A stretch of DNA of 56,254 nt, the filler included, from Sphacelaria rigidula (lineage: Eukaryota): assembly GCA_964200075.2 (NCBI GenBank). It is 7 parts of 7 records of this genome, joined end to end, with 100 filler letters (N's around TTAATTAATTAA, not from the genome) between each part and the next. Parts side by side here need not be neighbours in the genome. Positions count along the whole stretch, not along the records: positions 40,255 to 48,204 come from CAXNAA020012875.1; positions 48,305 to 56,254 come from CAXNAA020012876.1; 5 more parts are not named here. One strand, 5' to 3'. The notes beneath the pieces are model-generated. The model did no database searches, was not told the DNA's origin, and saw only the letters and a list, made by a program, of their open reading frames with translations. Position 1 is the first letter of the stretch. Each line of letters starts with the position of its first letter. The position numbers and the translations under genes are program-made. This document shows positions 46,840 to 56,254 of this stretch, in pieces.

Positions 46840-48132
46840 CTGTTGACACGAGTTCATGTGTCATTGACGATACACGTGCATGTTTGCTTGTACGCGTCAG
46901 ATTTTGGAGTGAAGCGGTTGATAGCAAACATCGCATGTACATCGAATACTTTAATTTGGGATTTGCCACGGTTCAGTGAAATGCTTCGAAGCCGATGTCC
47001 TCGAAAACATGTGTGAAGTCGGGTACTGGAATGAAGTGATGCTACTACACCAAAACGAGGGGATTTTCTGAAGTACTACCAACAATCACGGCATCGGAGT
47101 CCTCGAAAGCGTACTTGTTACGAACACACAGTTGCTCGAATTTGAATGTTCGGAGTTCTCTTAGACTTAGAAATGTGGAACACGTTTCAATTTGATACGT
47201 ATCCCACCATACTGACCACAAAACACTTTGAACAACAATCGTTTACAGTACGCATCATTTCCGTGAGAAAGCTCCGCTCCCGGAAGGGTTAGTTTCGCAG
47301 AAAGAGCGTCCGGAGCGTACATTAGAAGGAGAGGAGTCTAGATACTCCAAGCTCCGCAGTCACCGGTGATTGGCGCGATTGATATCGCCGGCGATATCAC
47401 GAGCGCTAAAGGGCAAGGCAAAAATTAATATTACACGTGACTTGTAGGCCATCCCCAGTATTAGGACGTGTGGTCAACTTCGTAACCGTTGCTGAGCAGA
47501 AGTGAGGTTGTGATTCCACCCAGAGTTGCCGAAAATAACCCATGACCCACATCGGTTTGTTATTCTAGGCAGATCTGGGTTTAGTAAGCTGTCTCAACAG
47601 AAGAAATACAGGCCACGGTACACGGAAAATATTCGTATATCCTTACTTGATGCGAGAGTGAAAAATCCTCCAGTTCGAACTCTGATTTCTTGCCCCGGTT
47701 ATGGTGAAAAAACACACACAACAAAAACGCGAAGAAGGACGTCTCCGCTCCTATACATCGTATTCTCAGCAAAGGAACCGTGCCGCATAAAGATGTGGCC
47801 CGCCGTTACGAAGTACGTAGAAACAACACGAGGCCGCAATGCGGGTAAAAAAATGCCGATAAAGCGACTTATTTGAACACTGCAGGCGTACTGCTATATG
47901 ACGTGATGTGAAATAATACAGCACACCACCTCCTCTCACTAGAGGGCCATGCCTTTACCTCGGTTACCCCCTACTGTACACGGATGGCCAAGAGCTACCG
48001 GCAGATGTGCGATACGTTGCATTGCGGATAGCAGAGTTCGCATGCCAATTCAGTTCCCTACGAGACCACTTCGTCGTTACCAACAGCGAATGCCCCGCAT
48101 TCGTATGTATTTACCCGAAGTATCATTTTCCC

Positions 48133-48204
48133 CCGTCTCGAAAGGGATGCGTGGTCAATGGTCGAATGACTAAGGCAAGCAACAAATGAGTACGCCCCCC
48201 CCCC
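48133..48204 (+). mobile_element. 'GAGTC-TIR' family arm, cut by contig end at poly-C
   Basis: ccgtctcgaaagggatgcgtggtcaatggtcgaatgactaaggcaagcaacaaatgagtacg-C(n). Confidence 0.85.
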
Positions 48205-48304
48205 NNNNNNNNNNNNNNNNNNNNNNNNNNNNNNNNNNNNNNNNNNNNTTAATTAATTAANNNNNNNNNNNNNNNNNNNNNNNNNNNNNNNNNNNNNNNN
48301 NNNN
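48205..48304. other. Artificial contig spacer
   Basis: Same 100-bp spacer. Confidence 0.97.
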
Positions 48305-48432
48305 CTAGTCGAGCCAGTCATTCCAAGTTGTCAACCTCCGCCTAGCTCTCTTTTGGGGCGTAAAACGACGTAAAAGCTTCAAAAAGGCACTTTTCCAGAT
48401 TTTCGTTTTCGTCTGTTATAAGGAGCGGCCTC
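48305..48432 (-). mobile_element. Foldback/Tourist-like family arm
   Basis: Diverged reverse complement of 4585-4700. Confidence 0.7.
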
Positions 48433-48593
48433 ATGAAGTTAACTTGGCCATTGTAGCGTCGTATACTAGGATCAAGTTAATTCCAAAGCCGAAAAAACCC
48501 GAAAAGTTCACCATTGTAAGGTATTTCGAGGTATTGGCCAATCAGCGACTTGTAGTCTCTAGCGTAAGGCCAAAGCATAAAAGTCCGCCATAA

Positions 48594-48760
48594 GGCCGTG
48601 TATTATCGAGACAAAAAAAAATGGAAAAATGAAGAAGCGTCCAACAGCAGCATGTTGATAAGTCGCCGCAACCACAGACCTGCCCGGCGATCAATCAACA
48701 TCTGCTATTGGACGCTTCTTCCTTTCCCACTTCTGTTCTTGGTCTCGACATGACACGGCC
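48594..48760. mobile_element. Hairpin MITE, PIF/Harbinger (Tourist)-like
   Basis: taa-GGCCGTGT...gaagaagcgtccaacagcag / ctgctattggacgcttcttc...ACACGGCC-tta; GGC termini with TWA flanks. Confidence 0.8.
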
Positions 48761-51479
48761 TTAGAGCATGGTCATGCAATTACGAGGTGTACCGTGAGAA
48801 TGATCTGCCTTTACAACCACGGGTAGCAAATGGTAGTTGGGATCAACGGCTGCAAAGGTTCAAATGGTGATGGTGTGAGAGTGGGCATGGAAGGCGCATG
48901 TAGTTGGTGTGTCAGGGCACAAGCAGTCTGCAGGGGCGGTGGTGTCGGCACATCTCTGCAACACAGATGGAGGGAAAACCGTTGGCAAGTCGGAGAGCCG
49001 TAGGATTTGAAAGCACGACGGTACGCCGGTGGTGCTGTTCGGGCGCGCTGCAACTCAGCCTTTGCAGTGAGCGCAACGAAGGTGAGCATACAATGCACAG
49101 CGTGATGAGGTTGTACGCGTCCTCTTTGGTTATCACAATTCGTGAGAGGTGGACACAACTTTAAGGGCTGTAAACAGCCACTGTACTGTATTACTACTGT
49201 ACTGTTCTATTGCGGCACATACAGTATTGTGGATGTGCCAGTCATGACACACAGCAGGTTTCCGAGGCGGTCCAGCAGCCCTATGCTCCGCTCCTGTGCT
49301 GTACTGTACTGTCTGCGTATGCACTCAAATGTCGTCTGATCTGGTGCAAAATTTCGCTTCAAACGCAGTAGTACAGTGCAGTCGCTCACTGTCAGGTCAC
49401 ACAGACAGTTGCGAGCTTCCACAGGTATATTGCGAAACTCTCGAACTTGCATCGCTGCTCGTGCTCGCTCTAGAAGCTTTGCCCCTCGTGTAGTAGTGGT
49501 ATCAGTTCAGTTGTAGGAAAAGAGGCGAAGTCATCGAAGCGATCGGGTAACGTGTCCATTTGACAAACCTTTGAAAATCCCCCCGTCATGGCCAGGAACC
49601 ATAGATGTCAGTGACGGGGATCTGGGTTTCTTTGTTTAGGCTTCTTCTCCGGTGTATGAAGAAATCTCTCCGGAACAAGCTTTTTTTGATGACGCCAGTC
49701 GTTGCCCGAATTCGGGGCTCGGCGGGTAATGCTGTAATACCTCGGAAATACTTGCTGGAGTGTGTCAAGAAGGGTTCTGGCGCACTTTTCCGACCGTGCA
49801 CACGCCCAGTTTGACCCTCCGCCATTCTTCATAGAACCGAAGGAACATCATTTTTCTCAAGTTTTTTCGGAGGTTTTTCAAAGTTTTTCGGGAGAAGACG
49901 AAGGATTCTGGGGCTGCATGAAGAATCGCTAGCCCGGAATAACTGAACTGGGCGCATAAAAGATCGGAAAAGTGCGCTAGAATTATCTCGGATAGTGCCG
50001 CAAGTATTTTCCAGGTGCCATAATCTACCGAGCCCCGTATTCGGGCAAAAATCAGTGCTGAATCGCCAAAATAGGCGCTTTCCAAGATTTGTTTTCATAC
50101 TCACGAAAAGCTGTTTAACCCAATTTTTAGATGACGAATTCAATTTGTGAAAATTTAGCCGGTCGCTCGCTGGTAGGCTCGAAACCTTGGCTCAAGTGTT
50201 CCGTTGTCGGTTGGTGTTGGTCAACCGTCAAACGGATCGAGACCCTTGTAGAAGATTGAACAACATCCATCTAAACGAACGCGAAAACGCGCGGGTTTAT
50301 GGCGGCTAAGAGCGAAATGGCTTGCTTACAACATTAATTTGGAATGCACACAGCACTACCCCGATGTCTTACTACTCGCTTTGTGACCACACGCATACCG
50401 ACACATAGCCTGTGGTCAAGCGAATACCGTATACTCTGTGGGGCTGGGTCCGAATAGATGTGCATGGCTATCGATGTCCATCAACTAGATCGGTGTTGAT
50501 TGGTTGATTGGTTGGTTAATTGGTTGGTTGATTGATATTTGCCCATCAAGTAATCCCCGAGGGACCCAGCTGTGGTAATTATCTACACGGTAGACGTACC
50601 CGCGAAAATGCTTGCTGAAGAAGAGAAGCGGAGAAAAGAGTAATATAGAACAAACAAACGTGGTGAAACTGAAAAGCAAATACACAAAATAAAGACAGAA
50701 ACAGTTTCAAAAAAGGAAGGAGAAGAACCGGAGAAGAGCTAGAAAATGTTTATACACCCTTTTTCATCCATTGAATTTTCAACTCAGCATCTCACAGCGC
50801 AGCATTCCGCGGGCTCTCGAGCCGTCACAGGCCGCCGTTTTGTTCGCTTGAAATGAAGGGACACTAATGTTACCGTACGAGCCCGTCGTCCGTCCCGATA
50901 ACGTGGGAGACAGAGACAGCATTTCTGTTCTCTCGTTCCCGCGCTCTGTCTCGCACGTGCGCGACGAGCCTCTCTGTCTGGACACTTCATCTGCCGCCAA
51001 CGTGATCGGGGCTTTCTCTCTCCTCTCCGTCTCGCTCTCCACTCGCCGAACACTCGCTCATGCACACCACACACTCGAACACCCTGTCAAACATATATTT
51101 TTTGTGTACTGAGCGACAAATTGAGTTTGCGCTCAAACCGCAGCATTCGGATTATTGGAGCCCTGGGAGGTCAGTATTCGCCTTTTTTTTGCCCTCTCGG
51201 TCCCTGCGGTGCAAGAATTGGTCTTTTATCTTCCCTCCGAGATGTGCTGACCATCTCGGGCGTAGAATCACATATCCGAAACTTGAACTGATCTTCTTAC
51301 ACTCTAACGTTACCCCTAATCCTACCCCCGACAAAGGCCGACTGAACACTCGGGCAGCGACCATGTTCTACGTGGTCGAAGGGTGCGTTGTCCGAGGGCG
51401 CCGTTTTGAATAAAAAAACACTACGACACTGCGGAGCACAAGAGTTCCCCTGTAGCCTCAGATAACCGGGTGCTACGAA

Positions 51480-53110
51480 AACCGAGTAGTAGCTTGTACA
51501 GACTGGCTCACGCTAAAGACCCAAAATTCCGTCATCAGCAAATCTCCTTCTGCAATACGCACCCAATCATCGCATATATGGCATCATAATGACCACAATG
51601 AACAGACGAAGAGGGTGACGTAACCAGGGTTTTATTCGAAGCTATAGCGGTGGCGCTTTGGACAAAAATGTGTCTCGACCAACCAACGCCCTTCAAATTC
51701 TTCTGAATTTGCAAACACGAATTCCAAGCCCAATTTTCACCGAATCTCCACATGCTTCAAACCGTAGTGACCGTCATCACCTCAGAAATCTAACGGGAGA
51801 AACAGATTTGAAAACGGTTACTACGGAGGTCAAATTATACCCGAAAGCCTAATGTTTCGGTGATGTGGAGTTTTGGCGTCGTCTAATTTCCGCTCATGAT
51901 ACGTACGGAATACTCAGGGAGCCTCGTGACGATTTCCCTTGTTTCTGTTGTAGAAAAGCTCAGATAATCCTCGAACTTGGCAGTTCCGTAGGTATTGATG
52001 CTCCAAATGGAAACGTTGTGCTCTTGGCAAGATTTCAAAGGTTTTACGTTCTCTACCGGCTTCCGGGGGTCCCAGTACAAAGACCCCCGGAAGGCGGTAC
52101 AGAAAGCCTCAAAAGAAAAAAGAACAATATGATGCGTCCTTGGATAGTCCAAGGAACACATGTACAGAGTTTGGTGGAGAAACTCGAAGACCCCATACAG
52201 TTTTTCTTGCCTTGGCGTAAAATTTACCCCAAAAGGACGTTTTCATACTAAAACCAAGTAGTTAATAGTTTGCACGTTTTAAGCTCACATCCTCGCACAA
52301 ACGCGCAAACCTTCACGCAGTTATTAGGAGGTAGACCCCGAAACTTTGTATTATTAGGAGTTAGACGCACGTTTCGATTAACGAGGTTTCACTACTCCTT
52401 GAATTGTTTACCGTTTTTCGAGGGTCCGACGGGATCCAAGTCGTTTTTCCGAAGTCGTCCATTCTGGGACCCCGGAAAAACGGCACTAAGATTTTTTTTC
52501 ATTTTTCTTCGAGAATGCCCTGTCGCCGCAAAATCAAAGGAAGAGCTCCACAAAGGTTCGTGGCCAAAATCGATGAACTGATGCTTGAATTTCCATGTTC
52601 ACGTCGAAGAAGGTCCAAAAAACGCTATTTTCATACCAAAATGTGGTTTGCGGTTTCACCGTGGCACGGCAAGGTTCATCGCACAAACGCGAAAAAATTC
52701 ACGCCGTTTCAAGGAACAAGATCCTGAAATTTTGCATAGGTGTTTCATGGGTAAGTACGCAACTTTGGATGAACGAGGTTTTTCGATTTCTTTCGTTTTT
52801 ACCGTTCTACGGGCGTTCGACTGGACCGAATTTCCCCCGAAAAATCTGGGTACCCCGACAAACGGTGAAAAATGTCAAGTAAGTAAAAAAACTTGACCTT
52901 GGAAAGTCACGTAATGACCCCTAAACACCTGTGCAAAATTTCGGGGTCCGATTTCTTAAAACGGTGTGAATTTTTGCCGGTGAGTGTTTTGTGGGTCTTT
53001 TCGGTGAAGCAGCCTGTATGGAGATTCGGATCTGGACTTCTGTACGAGCTGGGCCAGATTTTTGAATTTAACCTGGCGATGCGGTTGCTAATTCGAAGAG
53101 TTAGGCGTTG
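51480..53110 (+). repeat. Long interspersed repeat, copy 1 in contig 7
   Basis: 51480-52380 aligns by eye with 54480-55340; 52370-52640 matches 15690-15960 inverted. Confidence 0.65.
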
Positions 53111-53364
53111 AAATTTTGACATCACACTTTTATCATCACTACGCACAACCTTCCCGGGGGTGCCAAGAAAAAAAAACAGAAAGTTGGAGTGATTTGAAGT
53201 TTCTCCAAAAACTAGAAAAATGCTTTAAGTCCGTGAAAACAAAGAAATACGGAGGTATCCCTGGGACAGTTGTGCGTCCTTATGTAGAGGAGATCCTGGC
53301 GCAATTTCGGCCAAAAATTCCGGAAATTTGGCGCAGCATCCATTTTTTCGTGCGGCACGGCTAC

Positions 53365-53447
53365 GCCCGGGTGGTCAAACAGGTAGGACCGCCTCATATT
53401 ACAGAGGTCACGAGTTCGTATCCCGACACGACCATTTACTTTTTTTG
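53365..53447 (+). pseudogene. tRNA(Met)-like pseudogene / SINE head
   Basis: GCCCGGGTGGTCAAACAGGTAGG..CTCATAT..GAGGTCACGAGTTCGTATCCC..ACCA then a T7 run; A/B-box-like motifs and a CAT anticodon-like loop, but acceptor and anticodon stems pair poorly. Confidence 0.5.
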
Positions 53448-54479
53448 CGCGTAATCTGGCATTTGGTTTTGTGCATAATTCCACGGGTCGCACGAATCAT
53501 CGCCGGTTCGAATCACCAAATCTGTTGTTACACGACGGCATCGAGTTGGGTTGTAGCGGTTGCAGGACTGCAGTGATCTTCACCCCCGCCCTTGCTTCAA
53601 AGCTCCTCCACCCGTGAGCCTCTGATTCTGCTTCCTCCCGAGTTGCGAAGGGTCTCGACATTCTGGTGACGGTCTTGCATTTGGGGGGTGTATAGCGCAG
53701 TTTTAGGTAGCCCTTCTCCCTTTTACGATGGTGAATGACCGTCGGCTGGGAGATTCTCTTGGCATGATGGAGCTGTTGACGACGTTGATGCCATCTTGCA
53801 ACACTACCAGTGTGCTTTTGCCTACGCATGTCGAGTCTTGGCATGCCTGTGCGGTGCAGTTCCCCACCGTAATTCCACCGCATTTCGTGAAATGAAACGT
53901 CTCCAGACACGCTGTCACGCAACGACACGAGACGTTCCCGGTACTCAACGCAGTACGGTAACATCATCGCCAAAACTTCGCCAATCGACCAGCGGCGGTG
54001 CCGTGCCTTACCAGGTTGGTCTGCAGTTCACAGCGGTATGCTGAAGTCGGGCTGATTGGGTAAACTTGACCAGTTATGGTGTGACATGCAAATGCGGCAT
54101 TTACTGCTGGCCCAGCTCGTAGGCGATTGTCAAACGTTCACTCATCATTTTTACGTCCTCAAACATTACTATTGACGAGTACATCGCCTTGGCTGGGATC
54201 GCTCTCGCCGAGCGCTGCGGCGTCAGCAGCATTATCAGCGCATTCTCATATGTGACCGTTGATAAATAAATTGCCTCGGCTGAGATCACTCTCGCGGAGC
54301 GTAGCGGCGCCGTCCTTGTATCTTGGTGTTTTCCGGCACTGTGGTTCAAGTATACCACTTTTCCCACCTCAAAACGTTTCCGTTTGGGGCCATGCGATTT
54401 GAGATTTTCCTGAAAGTTTGTGGTTGTGTTAAATCGATCTGACTTTTTCCCGAAATACATACCACTACCGCTGAGTTTT

Positions 54480-55340
54480 CTACAGCACGAGCTGGTTCAC
54501 GCTTATCACCAAAGATATATTTATCAGCGGTTTACTGTCGCGATACCTGTCCAATAGTCGCATACGTAGCACCATACTGACCGCCATGGACAACTGAAGA
54601 CGGTGACATGGAAATATTTTTGTTCAAGGCCATAGGGTTGGCGTTAAGGGCGAAAAGGTGCCTCGGCCCATCAGCGCCACACAAGTTGTTACGAAATAAA
54701 AAAACGAATTCCCAACACAACTTCTACCCAATTTCCACATAATTCAAATCGTAGTAACCACCATCAACTCGGGAATCTTGCAGGAAGCAAATATTAGAAA
54801 ATTACTACTATGGGATCGAATCATACCCAAGAGTGGTGTTTCGGCGTCGTCGGGTTTCCACTGATGATATGCACCAAAGACCACAAAGTCTCCCGACAGT
54901 TTCCCTTGCATCTGTCTTGGAAAGCTCCGACCGTTCTCAAACTTGGCAATGCGGTAGGCATCGGTGCTTCAGACTTAGAAATGCATTGTTGAAAAGTACT
55001 TCAAAGTCTGTCCGCTCTTCACCGGCTTCCGAGGTTCCCAGCGTGAAGACCTTGAAACAGAGGGTAAAACATGTGCGCGTCTCAGGGTAGTCCAAGGTGC
55101 ATATGTACGAAGTTTCGTTGCGTAACTCGAAAGCCTGATGCAGGGGAGCCAATTTCACTTCAAAACTTACTCGAAAGAATCGTTTCCGAAATGAAAAAGA
55201 AGTGCTTGGGAGTTTGTAGCGGGCACGGTACACTTCATCGCACAAAAAGGTACAAAAATTTACGTCGTTGTCAGGAGCTAGATCCGGCAAATTGCACACA
55301 TATTACGGGTCATTACGAAACTTTCTATGAACGGTGTATT
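54480..55340 (+). repeat. Long interspersed repeat, copy 2 in contig 7
   Basis: Diverged direct repeat of 51480-52380 (tcgcata..tagcaccata.tgacc..., tagtccaagg..ca.atgtac). Confidence 0.65.
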
Positions 55341-56254
55341 TTTAGCCGGTTATCGGGGGTTACACAATTGCATGTGATACATAAAAAATCTGACACCCCT
55401 GATAACCGGCGAGCCAAAAAACACCGTTCATCGAAATGTGCGTGAAGGCCTGTTGTACATGTTTGCAGTGCGTCAGATCTAACTCCCAAAAACGCACAAC
55501 ATTTTGCGGATGAATGAATTAGGGGTGGTGAGCGTTAACAAGCCTGTAACATCCGGTGATTTATCGTATGTACCGGTCTTTTTCTCCATGCTGGAGTGGA
55601 ATGATTTTCCGAATGAAGATTATGCGGATTCAGCAGATGACCCAGCCTGGCGGTCAAGGGCTCAACTTTCGAGGCCAGGACGGGTAATCAATCTGCTAAA
55701 TCGGCATCATCTTCACTCTAAGAATGAAAATGAGACCCGGACCACCCACCGTGGCGGTCAAAGGGTTACCAAAAGTGCTAGAATAGCACCGCGGACATTC
55801 TTACGGATGTCGAGTGCTTGGTTCAGTGAATATGCAACAAACGGGAGGCTGGGTTTTAATTCTGTCATGTAGGGATTGGATGGGGAACGATATATATATA
55901 TATATGTATACTTTCATGTATTTGTCAAGTACCCTGGAATCGATCTACTGAGCGTGGCGGCGGAAACCGCCGGAACCTTCTATATGTACATGTATCAGTG
56001 ATGAATAACGGAATAAAACTATATGTTGTCGGCATTTGCAGCATGGTTTGAGGTGAAGAAGGCCTTGCGCACAAAAGCGCGTGCACTCATGCACAAGAGA
56101 AAACAAGGCCGTGGGAGCAGATTGTGGTTCAAGTGTTTCGAGCATACTATGTGGGTATGAGCTCTCATCCATGAGCCCTATGGAAGCAAGGTGTTGTCAT
56201 CCCATTTATTCTGGGCGCCAGTCTACACCTTTCGGTATATGTGGGCACATCAGC

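Noticed and set aside
51305-51330. Telomere-like ccctaa motifs (also near 14425 and 36360)
   Set aside because: Only 2-3 degenerate units inside interspersed repeats; not a telomeric array

Overview
Eukaryotic, intron-rich and repeat-rich DNA. The features (WSC-domain gene, long introns, TE types) look like a brown alga (Phaeophyceae); this assignment is inferred. The window is not one locus. It is seven contigs of near-identical length (7951, 7951, 7951, 7951, 7950, 7950, 7950 bp: 1-7951, 8052-16002, 16103-24053, 24154-32104, 32205-40154, 40255-48204, 48305-56254) joined by a 100-bp spacer (44 N + TTAATTAATTAA + 44 N), so adjacency across spacers has no biological meaning. I could assemble three partial spliced host genes by hand, none of which the ORF track shows intact. 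(1) A WSC-repeat plus Pro/Thr mucin-stalk protein (+, contig 4), built from tandem phase-0 exon pairs with a small divergent patch. (2) ATG12 (+, contig 5), whose start codon appears split by an intron and whose last exon is off-contig. (3) A TMEM245/AI-2E-family membrane protein (-, contig 6) with one or two GC-AG introns and a probable C-terminal KHA/DCX-like ubiquitin-fold domain. The rest is mostly mobile DNA: a chromodomain Ty3/gypsy element with in-frame loss of RT and most of RNase H, a decayed Ty1/copia, two LINE fragments, a non-autonomous hAT with a perfect 8-bp TSD, several MITE/foldback families, tRNA-derived SINE-like heads and microsatellites. I see no CRISPR, rRNA or intact tRNA, and I cannot claim a new multi-gene system. 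The best leads are the WSC exon-module array and the TMEM245-KHA-like fusion.
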